From a virus (Duplodnaviria > Caudoviricetes): a DNA stretch of 64,000 bases. The notes under the pieces are model-generated. The model was not told the origin of the DNA. It saw only the letters and a program-made list of their open reading frames with translations, and did not search any database. Within the stretch, counting starts at the first letter, position 1. Every line of letters starts with the position of its first letter. Positions 1 to 10,830 of this stretch are shown piece by piece. The stretch covers positions 1 through 64,000 of IMG/VR virus record IMGVR_UViG_3300009868_000001; one strand, 5' to 3'. A program made the translations under genes and the position numbers.

Positions 1-3000
1 CCTTGTTGAAACCTTGATGAATCGTTTGAAAGAAACTGAAAGCCAACTGTGTTTACTATTGAACCTCTTGATTGGGTATTTGAAACTACAGTCTTACTTT
101 CCTTGGAATAAAATTCCACCGAATTTATATCATAAAGAGGTATTAAGTTTGAAACTATATATGAATTGATGTAATCAGTAAGTGTAAGCTTGCCTAAGAA
201 ATCATTATTCACAGTTAAAATCGTATTCGTTGAATCGACAAATGTTGAGGTAAATGAAGATTGAACTCCTGCATTAAACAAATAGTCTCGAAGTATCTTT
301 TGAACATTAATTCGTCCAACTACCTCTGTGTTAGTTTCCTGCCATGCCAAATCTAAATTAGTCATGTCTATTGAATCGATGTCCTGGGTAACCTTTTGAG
401 AGTTGAAAATATTGATTTCAAGGTTTAATGGAAGGTTCATTACCTTAGCTAAGAAGTTTTGATCTTCTTCTATTCTTAAAGTCCCTGACACTGGATTCTT
501 AAAAAACCTATCAGAGTATTTCCAATGATAGCCCCAGTCCCAGTTAGATTGTAATAAAAACATATCATCACGACCTATTGGAACCTCTCCGATTAATGGA
601 TATTGCGGAAGATAACGGTCATCCTCTTCTAATAAGAGTATTCTGGTGTCTGCTACTTTTATATGATTGAAGTTTTTAATGTCAAATATATCAGGATCAT
701 TTAAGTTTAGCCTAACGTTTGCTAATGAAACTATTTGGGGATCCGGGGTTCCACTAAATGTTGCTTCAAATTCTTTCTTAAATGCAACTAGAGGTTTAAA
801 GATTGGTTCATATCCACCGTTATACCTAAAAATTGTTGCATTTGATTTAAGTTCGTTTCTGACAAATTGATAGCCAGCCAACTGAGGATTTAATTCAAGA
901 GATTGTTTCTTGAGTTTATTTCCAGCTGCAGTTGTTTTTGGTTTACTTGCAATAATTTGAAGATATTCAGGAGTTGAACTAGGGAAACTCTTTTTAACCA
1001 ATTCAACAGGTTCTTCAATCTCAACGTAAAACTCAGTGTCTGATGATTGAACTGCATTTCCGTTTGAATCAAGCTGCCATGTTTCGTATTCTATGACAGA
1101 CGACATATTATTAACAAATTCCTTAAACTTAGAAAATGACAATTTTCCGAAAAGTTGAGTGTAATAGTCCTTACCTCCCATTATCTGGAAAAATCTATAG
1201 ACTTTCCAAAGAGCCTGGTTAAACGCTGGGACAAAATATGAAAGGTCTAATGGAACTCCATAATACGGCCCACTCAAAGGTAAGCTAGGTTCACTTATTG
1301 CAAGGTTAGACAGTGAAGAGTTTGCATTGGTTGCAGAAACTGCATTATAGAACCTATCAGTTATCTGAATATCGTTTTTAACAATAGAATCTAGCATTGA
1401 ATCTGCAAAACTAAACACACCATTTCTAGCACTTAGGACGTATTCACTTCCAAAACATGACTGAGACAGCGTAGAGATCTGTGGACCTCTCATGTAAAGC
1501 AATGCATTAGTATCAACTGAACGGATTTCATCGTCCAACTGAGAAACCCATTTAGGAATGTTTGGGTTAGGAATACTCTTTATGAATATCCTGTTATTGT
1601 TTATGTAAACACCTGAAGTGCTAAAATCTATTTTACGAGTCAAAGTAATGTTAGAGAACGAATCTAACAGGGTATTGTATTTTTTATTCTTTGCATAATA
1701 CAAAAATGCATAGGAAAGATCACTCAATCCATTAGAGTTTACGTTCACTCTATAGTCTCCAAATATTCCATGAAAGAATGGAAGGAAGTTAAAGTAAGGA
1801 TTTACATCATAAAAATTATCTAGAGTCACCTTAGAGTCGTCAGTTGCACCTGGAGACATCGGCTCTATTGATAAGAAATTAGGAGCAATGGTAGTATCAC
1901 CATAATTCGAGCTCAATACTATGTCAATTAAAAGAAGGACAAACTTATAGTCCTTATGTTCAATAAATCTAAATCGTATTGGCTGAGTTGAATCAGAACA
2001 CATGTTTTCTGGTATCACCCTTAAAAGAGACGTGAACTTATAGTCTTTAAACCTGTCAGAATTTCTTACATAACTAGGTTTACCATCTATTTCTTGACCG
2101 AGATTCTGAGCAATCTCTTTAAATGAGATTCTAAATCCTTTAAATAGAGTTTCATAAAGACCTGTCGAACCTTCAATGTCGGTTATCGTGTATCTATGTT
2201 GAGTTCTAGCTACTTCTTTCTGTCCAAAAAATGGAGCATATGCAAAGTAATTTAAAAACTCATCCTTATCATTTAATAAATTAGACAAGTTTAATGGTTG
2301 GTCAAAATAAAAATAGTTCTTTTTAACCAAAGACTCATCGTTTAAATAATCAAACGCAGACTCAATATAGAACCATTCATGTGTAAACCGTGAAGGGTTT
2401 GCAGTAGGTTCGTTTTGGTTAGGCGCAAAATTGTCTTGACCAAACACAAATTCGGTGTTTAAACGATATGGATTGTCCCGAATGTCTAGGCTCTTTTCAT
2501 ATCCCCACTTACAGATGTATGGAATTATTTGACTCTTTATTGCAAAGTCTTTAGTGTTTACTTCATTTAAAATCTCATATTCAGAAAGGGCTGAGTCTAC
2601 ATATTTGTCCCTAAACTGATATTCAATTGACGTATTATCAGAAACTGCTGATTGCTTGTGAATAGTTGAAAACCCATTAAACCTTTTCAGCTCTTCGTTT
2701 TCATCCCATAGAGGCACGTCTAAGCGAATGTCTCCGTTTGTTGCCACATTATTTTTAATAACAATTGGATCTCCACTTGTAACAGTAAATGATTTAGTTC
2801 CTGTTCCTGATATAAGGTCACCAGTTTCATAAACAGTTCCGTCAATACTTATTGAACCTGTTCCAACTATTGTGTATGTAAAGTTTGTTAGGTCAAGACC
2901 ATTTACTCCCTCAGGAACATAGAAATCCTTATAAAGGTCCATCTCCTGAAATCTGGAATATGTGCTAGAATATGGATCGAAGTCAAAATCCATAAGGTCA

Positions 3001-5048
3001 AGGACCGATAGAACCCCTATCCTAAAATGGAATTGCCTACGGAACTGTGCAAGTGTATTTACAAGCTTAGGTTGAGCCTTTTCTTCTAAAAAGACTCCGA
3101 TCTTAAGGTCATAATTAGCAACAGCTAACTCAGCTTTTTTAAGGTCAGACAGGTCGTCTGATGTTATGAACTCAATTGCATGAGCAGTCTTAACAACATT
3201 TACCCAATTTTTATCAGTTTCAACTACTAGATCATATGAAGGCTCACCATCAATAATTGTTATGGTCGAATCTATTTTATTTTTATGACCTGAATCAACC
3301 ACTAAATGATAACCATAAGAGTCTCCTCCTATGAAGTTAAACTTATGATTTTCTAAATAGGTTTGGCTTTCATACCCGTTTATTTTAATGACATCCCATG
3401 TGTTTGAAACTAGAGATGAATATTCAAATGAAAATTGGAGGTCATGATTACCTGGTGAATTTATTTTCACCCAGAGACGATTCTTATATCCTAAACCAAT
3501 AAAAGGTTTGTATTTAACTGAATTTATACAGCCCAATAGAGCAGACGCAACCTGTTCAGTTGTTCCAAGGCAGTTAAAATAAAACGTGTCGCCTGTACCG
3601 GAATCTGAATGGTATGCATAAAAGTCTCCTGGATTATCAAGGTCAGGATCGTTATATCCTTCAACAGCTATGAATTCATCATATCGAAGTAAACCTGATT
3701 TTTTAGTTCCTCCTGGGTGATATAGTTTAACTGAATCACCGGTCCTAAAGTTTCCAAGAACCTCAATCTCAGCAAAACTTTGGCTTTTTCCAATAAACAA
3801 ATCAGCCGAATCTTCAATGAAAACTTCTCCTGGACCAAAAAAGCTTCCGATGTCAGTCTTAGTCGTGGTCAAAGTAAGTTTACCTGAATCTTGGTCTATG
3901 TATTCAAAGTTGTTAGGCTTTATAAGATGAAGGTTTTTATCTCTTCCTTGAACATATGAAAAGAAAATGTTTTTATCATCTGAAAAAGCAGATGAAATTG
4001 AAGTTATTCCTTTTTCAACGAACTTAAAATAAAACTCTAAACCATTAGGGTTGGTTTGAATAAATTTAATAGAGTCATCAGGCTGATACCTTGACCTAAA
4101 CTTAGGATTGTTTAACTTAAGGTCATAGTGAGTCTCAGTGTCCATTATAGCAGAATCAAGTTCTACTAGGTTACAATAAAAACCAAAATACCTGTTAAAT
4201 TCATAGTCTTCTGCAGTTTCATCATTAAATAGAAACTCAAGATTTAAGATATTTGGAAATATGATATTGTTCCTCTGGTATCCAAGCGTAATATACTCTT
4301 CGAATGCACGAATAGGGTTCCCTTCTTGAAAAAATGAATATAAGTTTTCGCTTGCTGCTGCAAAGGCTCCGGTTTTATATGCTATTCCATTGTAATAGCT
4401 AAATCTATCCCTTTCAAAGTTAATATCAAGAGGATTGTCCGGAAACAGGGGGTTGTTTATGATATTTCTAATGTATGAGCCAATCTTAGACTCGCCTGAA
4501 AGATCAAAAACCTTTACAATCTCTGCCTTTTTTAAGAGGTCGGTCATGTATTGGTTCTTATCGATTGGATAAGAATCCTTAGATTGAGTAACGTTTCCTT
4601 CCATTGGGCCCTTTATCTTAAAGATAACGAAGACATCTGGAAGGTCACTTTTAAGATAGATTGGAGCAAAAAAACTAAATTTTTCGTCGTATCTTCTATC
4701 TACTAAATATTTGACTCCACTAAAATAGTTAGAAAAATCATATTGGTCTTCAAACCTCAATGAAGTTGAATTGGTGTTTACTTTTTCCCTAAGGTCGTAC
4801 ACTATTTCTGGCGGAGTAGAGCCGTCATTAAAGAATGAGAATAAATTGGTCTCATGTCCTTTAGTAACGTCCACTGGGACACGTTTATACATATCCTTGG
4901 CCAGTTCATCGTTTGCATCGATTGAATTTAACCAAACGTTTTGGTCGCTGTCTACCGTAACTTTTACGTTACCTGTAAGCTTAGGGTTGCTCCTGACTAA
5001 CTGAAAGCTAGAGGAACCTGGAAGAATTTTCTTGTATTCTACACTCAC
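1..5048 (-). CDS. Very large putative virion structural (tail/baseplate) protein, >1680 aa, runs off the window start
   Basis: Missing from the ORF track, consistent with no stop inside the window. Manual translation from GTG at 5048 gives MSVEYKKILPGSSSFQLVRSNPKLTGNVKVTVDSDQNVWLNSID...; no other long ORF occupies 1-5048; co-oriented with the upstream structural block. Confidence 0.7.
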   Translation of the reverse strand, partial: MSVEYKKILPGSSSFQLVRSNPKLTGNVKVTVDSDQNVWLNSIDANDELAKDMYKRVPVDVTKGHETNLFSFFNDGSTPPEIVYDLREKVNTNSTSLRFEDQYDFSNYFSGVKYLVDRRYDEKFSFFAPIYLKSDLPDVFVIFKIKGPMEGNVTQSKDSYPIDKNQYMTDLLKKAEIVKVFDLSGESKIGSYIRNIINNPLFPDNPLDINFERDRFSYYNGIAYKTGAFAAASENLYSFFQEGNPIRAFEEYITLGYQRNNIIFPNILNLEFLFNDETAEDYEFNRYFGFYCNLVELDSAIMDTETHYDLKLNNPKFRSRYQPDDSIKFIQTNPNGLEFYFKFVEKGITSISSAFSDDKNIFFSYVQGRDKNLHLIKPNNFEYIDQDSGKLTLTTTKTDIGSFFGPGEVFIEDSADLFIGKSQSFAEIEVLGNFRTGDSVKLYHPGGTKKSGLLRYDEFIAVEGYNDPDLDNPGDFYAYHSDSGTGDTFYFNCLGTTEQVASALLGCINSVKYKPFIGLGYKNRLWVKINSPGNHDLQFSFEYSSLVSNTWDVIKINGYESQTYLENHKFNFIGGDSYGYHLVVDSGHKNKIDSTITIIDGEPSYDLVVETDKNWVNVVKTAHAIEFITSDDLSDLKKAELAVANYDLKIGVFLEEKAQPKLVNTLAQFRRQFHFRIGVLSVLDLMDFDFDPYSSTYSRFQEMDLYKDFYVPEGVNGLDLTNFTYTIVGTGSISIDGTVYETGDLISGTGTKSFTVTSGDPIVIKNNVATNGDIRLDVPLWDENEELKRFNGFSTIHKQSAVSDNTSIEYQFRDKYVDSALSEYEILNEVNTKDFAIKSQIIPYICKWGYEKSLDIRDNPYRLNTEFVFGQDNFAPNQNEPTANPSRFTHEWFYIESAFDYLNDESLVKKNYFYFDQPLNLSNLLNDKDEFLNYFAYAPFFGQKEVARTQHRYTITDIEGSTGLYETLFKGFRISFKEIAQNLGQEIDGKPSYVRNSDRFKDYKFTSLLRVIPENMCSDSTQPIRFRFIEHKDYKFVLLLIDIVLSSNYGDTTIAPNFLSIEPMSPGATDDSKVTLDNFYDVNPYFNFLPFFHGIFGDYRVNVNSNGLSDLSYAFLYYAKNKKYNTLLDSFSNITLTRKIDFSTSGVYINNNRIFIKSIPNPNIPKWVSQLDDEIRSVDTNALLYMRGPQISTLSQSCFGSEYVLSARNGVFSFADSMLDSIVKNDIQITDRFYNAVSATNANSSLSNLAISEPSLPLSGPYYGVPLDLSYFVPAFNQALWKVYRFFQIMGGKDYYTQLFGKLSFSKFKEFVNNMSSVIEYETWQLDSNGNAVQSSDTEFYVEIEEPVELVKKSFPSSTPEYLQIIASKPKTTAAGNKLKKQSLELNPQLAGYQFVRNELKSNATIFRYNGGYEPIFKPLVAFKKEFEATFSGTPDPQIVSLANVRLNLNDPDIFDIKNFNHIKVADTRILLLEEDDRYLPQYPLIGEVPIGRDDMFLLQSNWDWGYHWKYSDRFFKNPVSGTLRIEEDQNFLAKVMNLPLNLEINIFNSQKVTQDIDSIDMTNLDLAWQETNTEVVGRINVQKILRDYLFNAGVQSSFTSTFVDSTNTILTVNNDFLGKLTLTDYINSYIVSNLIPLYDINSVEFYSKESKTVVSNTQSRGSIVNTVGFQFLSNDSSRFQQ

Positions 5049-5064
5049 TCATCATATATAGTTT

Positions 5065-8000
5065 TTAAGACACAGTTAATACGGATTGTGAACCTGTATC
5101 AGATACCAAGTTAGTTGTCGTATTTGTGTCCTGTTTAAACTGACAGTTGACATTTACGTCAAATGAAAAAGGTGTCTGACCCTTTACATAAATGTCAAAA
5201 CCAACAGTCTTACTATACTTTATATTAGTAAGTGTTTCATTAGTTCTAAAACCACCAATATATCCAAGCTTGTCTGAACATCTAAATTGGAATATAAGAG
5301 GTATGTTAATTGAATTCTCTGTACCAGCTGTGATTATTTTCCTAGAAAGAGTTGGGTGATTTCCGTCAACTGATATAGTTTCATAGGTGTTAGGCATTAT
5401 GAAAAGATAAGAACCACATGTATACCTTCCTATTAAGAATTCATCGTTTGGTGAGAAACCGATTTTAATTGGAAAGTCCCTATCTGTTAAGGTGGTAGAA
5501 GACTGTGAGTTTGCTAAACCTGCATCAGTTGAAACTTGATATTCAGCTTGTGCATAGTATTTAACACCAAATATATTGGTCCCTTCATCAACTGAAGTTT
5601 CAAAATGAAGACCTTGAGCAAATGGAAGCGATTTTTGAATTCCTGAATTGTATTCGCTTGCTGTGTATGCTGGTCTAAAATAAGAAGCTATGTGTGAAGT
5701 TGTGTCTGCGTCAAAACCTAAATAATCAAGGTCTGGGTGAGACTTATGAATACAAAATTCAGACAAGTATCCACTACCATTTGCAGTAGAACCAGTGAAA
5801 GTTCCATCCCAAACATTAGTATCGGTGTTAAAGTTAATAGTATTAGTACCACCAACAACAATTGATGATAAGTTAGGATTAAACGGAAGGTAGTGTCCAA
5901 AATTAAATGGAACCTTTCTTGTCTGGCTAGCGTATGTTATGTCGCGACCGTCGTATGCATAGCTTGTCTGCTGAGTATATGACAGAGGGTTAGTAGAAGA
6001 AGTCGGAGTGGTTAGGTCTATTTTATCACCAGCCCTAAGGTCCTTAGAAAGACCAAAATCCTTATATCTTAAGTATATGAATTGACTTTGAACCTGAGAC
6101 GATTGAAGACCAGTCTTTTGTTTTATTCCACCTATTTCTCCAGCTACTTGACTGTTTATTGTGATAGGAACCTTATCGTACCTTCTATTCTTTCCATAGT
6201 CTGCATCTTGGACACCACCTGGATAAGAAACCTGAGCCCCCTCATCTATACCACCTACTAAATATGATACAAGTTCAAGCGGAGTGCTTGATGTGTTACG
6301 TATAGAGATTGTGTATTCTGCAGAAACGATTGCACCGTGACGATATGAACTAGAACCAACAACTTTAATCTTGTCTTGGTAGTTACCTGCAAATAAGTTT
6401 ACGGTCTTTCCGTTTACGACAGAAAATTCGTTTCCGTTGGTGTCTAATATCTTAACATCAATCTGACCAACTGCGGTTGCAATGCTTGCTTGAATTTGAG
6501 CAATTGTGTCAGCCATTTCCTTAAGTTTGGTGTATGCATCTATGATTTCACCACTTGACCCAAAGAATCCGCTAGAAACATCGCTTAGGGTATGAGCATA
6601 GTATTTATCACCTTTGGTAAATGCAGACTGTAAGTGAAGGTCCAAACCGCGAGAGTTTAATTCTTCTTGAAAAGCAATCTTAGCCTCTTCAGAGAATATC
6701 TTCTGAGAAGCAATGGTTCCTTCCTCAGCAGTTGCAACATCTGATGGAAACTGCACTATTATTGGAGTTGACCATTCAGACATTATTGGGTTATCTGGGA
6801 AGCCTGCTTCAGATATCGACTTAATTGATATTTCGACTGATTCTCCCTTTCTTATAGGAATTTCAAGTTGGTTACAATTAATTGTGTCTGGGTCAGCCGT
6901 GTTTTCTTCTTGCCATTTATAAAAACCAGTAGATTCATCAAGTATTTTCTTTCTAGGTTCAGAAAGGTATTCTTGGTATGGAGAGAAGAAACCTGTCCTC
7001 TTAGTTCCATTTTGATCTACATATGATATAGGTTCAGCGTTTGGAGAAGTTCCAGTCTGACTAAGATAACGATACCTTATTTTAAATTGAACAACTTCTT
7101 GAGTTCCATATGCTGTTACTTTAGGTGAAGGCAGGTGCCAAAAACCACGAACCCTATGTTTAGGTGCTACTATAAACTGTGGAGTATTCTGAACAGCAAG
7201 GCTTATTTCCTTAACAGTTGTAGACATCTGGTTAAAAGCAACTTGCTTTTGGTCTGTCTTAGTTTTAAGGTCCTTCTCTAATTTAAGTTTTTGAGAAGGG
7301 TTTAACGATTTGTTAGTGTTAAGGTCAGACTTGATCTGATCAATAGACTTGTCGATTTCCTTTATGTTTGTACTAAGCTGTTCTTTCTTAGAAAGCTTAC
7401 TCTTTATATCATTAGTGTTTGCTGTGTTTGTGATATGTTGGTCTACCTGAGTAACCTTAAAGTTACTTACATCTAATGACGGAGCATCAGGAACAGCTCC
7501 TAAAACAGAAGGAACCTTCTTTTCCTTTGCATATGACATAAACAACATACCGAAATCTGATACGAAATTCTTATAGAAAGAATCAAGGGTAGTAGTAGAA
7601 CCGTCTGCTAATGTTATTTGAAGTTCATTAGTAAACACTCCAAATCCATTAGACAGAAAATCTGTGGTTAAATCAAGACGTGCACTAATTGGTCTTAAGA
7701 AGATTACCTCTCTTTCATTGTAACCTACGTTTACTTGAACTGATGGTTTTTTATAAGGTAGAGGCTTAATCCTAAGAACAGAAGCACCTTGTGAAATTCC
7801 CTGAGTACCAAAAACTCTCTTTAAGACAACTGTGTTTTGAGTCTTATCGACTGAAACTATGATGTATTCTGAGTTGTCAGCAGTTATAAAAGAATCACCT
7901 ATTGCTAAAATCTTATTTGGCTTATCAGACACTGTGATGTCTGTGTATTTTATTGTGTTTAGTTTATATTTCTTAACAGTAGAAGTAAGAGTTTCACCGT

Positions 8001-8697
8001 TAATGGATTCAACGAAAGTATCTTCGTATATTTTTAAGATATCAAACACCCCACGATTCCTATTAATAGCAAGAGGAAGTTCGACTATGTTAATGTCTTC
8101 GTTATATGATATTCCTCTTTCGTTAAGGTCTGTTATAAGGTCTGAATAATTAATAGAGTTCACACCCTTATATGTTTGATCAAAATAAGACGAAATATCA
8201 TCGTCAGAGTCGTTTATGATTATTCTATGAACTTCAAACCTGTCTATATCGTCATTGACATAAAGTGCAACATCTACTGAGACATAAAGAAGAGGGTCAA
8301 TAAAGGACTCAAAGAACCAGTTATTCTTTACTTGAAAAGAAGTAGGAGCAGTTAAAGCTGCTGAATTTATTGTCTCTAAGTCCTGAACAAGTGAGGCAAG
8401 GTCAGTCATTTGAAACTTTCTAACGTCTCCGTTTTCACTCTTTATTCCAATAGTGTTTCCGTTTGCATTTAAAAGAGAATCAAACGTCTTTTGAACGTTA
8501 TCAATCTTACCGCTTAGGTATCCAAATGATGGGACGAGAATTGACGCTATCGTACCGTCGGACTTAACCTGGTTTATCTGTACGCTATCAGATTGAGTTG
8601 AAAGAACTAATGAGAGCTTATTATAAAGCTCTTGCATGTTAGTTATTTGAACCCCTAAGTCTTGCAGAAGGTCTGCAAATGTATACTTTTTTGTCAT
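5065..8697 (-). CDS. Large putative virion structural protein (coiled coil plus FN3/Ig-like beta segments)
   Basis: 1210 aa; central coiled coil (KLSKKEQLSTNIKEIDKSIDQIKSDL); FN3-like ending ISIKSISEAG...SEWS; S/T-rich; late-strand block. Confidence 0.55.
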   Translation of the reverse strand: MTKKYTFADLLQDLGVQITNMQELYNKLSLVLSTQSDSVQINQVKSDGTIASILVPSFGYLSGKIDNVQKTFDSLLNANGNTIGIKSENGDVRKFQMTDLASLVQDLETINSAALTAPTSFQVKNNWFFESFIDPLLYVSVDVALYVNDDIDRFEVHRIIINDSDDDISSYFDQTYKGVNSINYSDLITDLNERGISYNEDINIVELPLAINRNRGVFDILKIYEDTFVESINGETLTSTVKKYKLNTIKYTDITVSDKPNKILAIGDSFITADNSEYIIVSVDKTQNTVVLKRVFGTQGISQGASVLRIKPLPYKKPSVQVNVGYNEREVIFLRPISARLDLTTDFLSNGFGVFTNELQITLADGSTTTLDSFYKNFVSDFGMLFMSYAKEKKVPSVLGAVPDAPSLDVSNFKVTQVDQHITNTANTNDIKSKLSKKEQLSTNIKEIDKSIDQIKSDLNTNKSLNPSQKLKLEKDLKTKTDQKQVAFNQMSTTVKEISLAVQNTPQFIVAPKHRVRGFWHLPSPKVTAYGTQEVVQFKIRYRYLSQTGTSPNAEPISYVDQNGTKRTGFFSPYQEYLSEPRKKILDESTGFYKWQEENTADPDTINCNQLEIPIRKGESVEISIKSISEAGFPDNPIMSEWSTPIIVQFPSDVATAEEGTIASQKIFSEEAKIAFQEELNSRGLDLHLQSAFTKGDKYYAHTLSDVSSGFFGSSGEIIDAYTKLKEMADTIAQIQASIATAVGQIDVKILDTNGNEFSVVNGKTVNLFAGNYQDKIKVVGSSSYRHGAIVSAEYTISIRNTSSTPLELVSYLVGGIDEGAQVSYPGGVQDADYGKNRRYDKVPITINSQVAGEIGGIKQKTGLQSSQVQSQFIYLRYKDFGLSKDLRAGDKIDLTTPTSSTNPLSYTQQTSYAYDGRDITYASQTRKVPFNFGHYLPFNPNLSSIVVGGTNTINFNTDTNVWDGTFTGSTANGSGYLSEFCIHKSHPDLDYLGFDADTTSHIASYFRPAYTASEYNSGIQKSLPFAQGLHFETSVDEGTNIFGVKYYAQAEYQVSTDAGLANSQSSTTLTDRDFPIKIGFSPNDEFLIGRYTCGSYLFIMPNTYETISVDGNHPTLSRKIITAGTENSINIPLIFQFRCSDKLGYIGGFRTNETLTNIKYSKTVGFDIYVKGQTPFSFDVNVNCQFKQDTNTTTNLVSDTGSQSVLTVS

Positions 8698-8709
8698 CCT
8701 CTAGAAATT

Positions 8710-10806
8710 TTATCTTAATTTATCTACTCTAAAATTTAGACCCACTTGGTCGATACATGTTAGCCTAAAAATAGGGGTCATATCGGTGCCAAAATCTGAT
8801 TGAGATAATACAGTGATAGTCTTACCATATGTTCCGTTACCTAAAAGGTTGTTTGCATCCGTCACTATTGTTATGTCATTACTTCCAAGGTCGATTGGGT
8901 CACTAAACACCAAATCAAAAGTCTGACCTTTTTTCCAAGTAACACTTGAATCGTCAATCTTAAGAGTTATGTCACTTGGAGAAACAAAACTGTTACCTCC
9001 TTTTTCGTGTCTGTAATAGTTAGCAAACTTAGACAAAGGAAGAGTTCTAAAGAACTCTAAATCATATATAGAGTTGTTGCTAATATTAAAGGTCTGGTTG
9101 TCGTTATGAACAGTCACCCTGTTTGGTTTTCTTTCAATCCTGACTCCATCTCCTGACTTAATAACGTCTGAATTATAGCTGACCTCAACACTTGTGTTGC
9201 CTTCGATGAAATTGTTTAGGTCTGAGCTTATCTTTTCTAATAGTTTTGAAAATGCATTAGAATTATCAAACAGATTTTGGCTGTTTTGTAACGAATTTTC
9301 AAGTGTGGATAGCCTTTGTTGCATTCCATTTATAAACGAGGTGTTAAGTATTGAGTCCTTAGCTGATTGTAACTCTCCTTTAAGGGTTTCAAGTTCCAAT
9401 AACTTATCGTTAAACGAGGTAGAAAGGTTTCTATATACTGTCAAAAGGTCGGTGAACAGGTCTAATGAAAACGTGGAGAAATCATTTATAGAACGCTCTA
9501 CCCTAACATCTTCGACTGAGTTATCAGTCTTGACGTTAACTTTAAATGCAAAAGCATCTCCGTTAACCTTAGTTACTACATCTGGTCTATTTTTAGTTAT
9601 GTATGGGATTCTAAACTCAAGACCGTTTTGTTCGACTTTATTTAAAAATAGTACGCCGTGTAAGTTTAATGCAGAGTCGGTTGGATTGTTTGGATCAAAT
9701 ACTTCATAGTAGAGAAGTACTACGTTAAACTCAAAGTTTTTATTAGCAACATAGTCATTAAACGAAGAGAAGGTCTTAATGCTTGGATTTTCGCTTGCCA
9801 GTTTGTAATTAGCAAGATCAAAGTCTATAACAACTCCGTCTAGCGTATTTCTTACATAATCGATTGTGACTGAATTCTTGGTCTTCTTTATCAATTGGTT
9901 TTTTGCCAATGAAAAGTCACTGTCAGTATAATATGAATTATTGATGGTTCCATTAAACCATCTTCCAGTCGAATAAGACGGAGGCATTGCATTGGAAGTA
10001 GGCATCTCGGCAATCTGTGAGGTGACGCTTGCATCATCAAGATCAAAGAAGCCGTTAGTATTTAGTCCATATGGATGAACATCTGAATAATGTCTGCCTG
10101 AAAGAAACTCTATGTCTAATGGGTCAGCAGGATTGTTTGTGACAATCATGTTTGGAGTATAATTGACATCGTCAACTGTCTTGAATAAGACATGAGGAGT
10201 TGTTCCTACATTTGTTGGGACGTAAATATAAATTTCACTGTATGCATTGTCTTTGGTCTTAACGCTGTTTACTACGTCAATTTCACCAATGTATTTTACG
10301 ACACGGTTGTAAATGGTTGCATTTTCATCCATCTCAGTAAACCTAAGGGCATCTGAAGAAAGAGCATTTGCATTTCTTTCAAGAGCATTTGCATCTCTCC
10401 AATGAATAGCTCCAAGCTCCTTGAGCCATTTCCAAAAGATCCTTTCAGAAACCTTTTGCTTTAGACTTCTATCATGAGAATCCAAAGAAAGTAATAGGGC
10501 TTCAAAGTTTAATGCATAGTTTTGAAAACTCTCAGCCAAGTTTATGTTTTGGTCTGTGTTCAATCCCTCAATTAAAGGTGTTTCACCTGGAGCAAGAAAC
10601 TGTACTGAGTTGTTAGGAACTAACTTATTGCCATATAATGCGGTTGGGACCCCAATGTCTGGAAGCCTTAGCAAAGCAAAGTGCGTAAACCTAGCTTTAT
10701 TGACACTGTTATTAAATGTCAATGTTAAGTCATCATTAGCACTTTGAAATGAATAGAATATCCCCTTCCTAGTGGTAATGGGTTTTATAAAAGAAGTTAC
10801 TGCCAT
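8710..10806 (-). CDS. Putative virion structural protein with coiled coil
   Basis: 698 aa; coiled coil (LLELETLKGELQSAKD...LSTLENSLQNS); same operon as other large late genes. Confidence 0.5.
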   Translation of the reverse strand: MAVTSFIKPITTRKGIFYSFQSANDDLTLTFNNSVNKARFTHFALLRLPDIGVPTALYGNKLVPNNSVQFLAPGETPLIEGLNTDQNINLAESFQNYALNFEALLLSLDSHDRSLKQKVSERIFWKWLKELGAIHWRDANALERNANALSSDALRFTEMDENATIYNRVVKYIGEIDVVNSVKTKDNAYSEIYIYVPTNVGTTPHVLFKTVDDVNYTPNMIVTNNPADPLDIEFLSGRHYSDVHPYGLNTNGFFDLDDASVTSQIAEMPTSNAMPPSYSTGRWFNGTINNSYYTDSDFSLAKNQLIKKTKNSVTIDYVRNTLDGVVIDFDLANYKLASENPSIKTFSSFNDYVANKNFEFNVVLLYYEVFDPNNPTDSALNLHGVLFLNKVEQNGLEFRIPYITKNRPDVVTKVNGDAFAFKVNVKTDNSVEDVRVERSINDFSTFSLDLFTDLLTVYRNLSTSFNDKLLELETLKGELQSAKDSILNTSFINGMQQRLSTLENSLQNSQNLFDNSNAFSKLLEKISSDLNNFIEGNTSVEVSYNSDVIKSGDGVRIERKPNRVTVHNDNQTFNISNNSIYDLEFFRTLPLSKFANYYRHEKGGNSFVSPSDITLKIDDSSVTWKKGQTFDLVFSDPIDLGSNDITIVTDANNLLGNGTYGKTITVLSQSDFGTDMTPIFRLTCIDQVGLNFRVDKLR

Positions 10807-10830
10807 TTGCTTCTATTTTTATTTGTATGA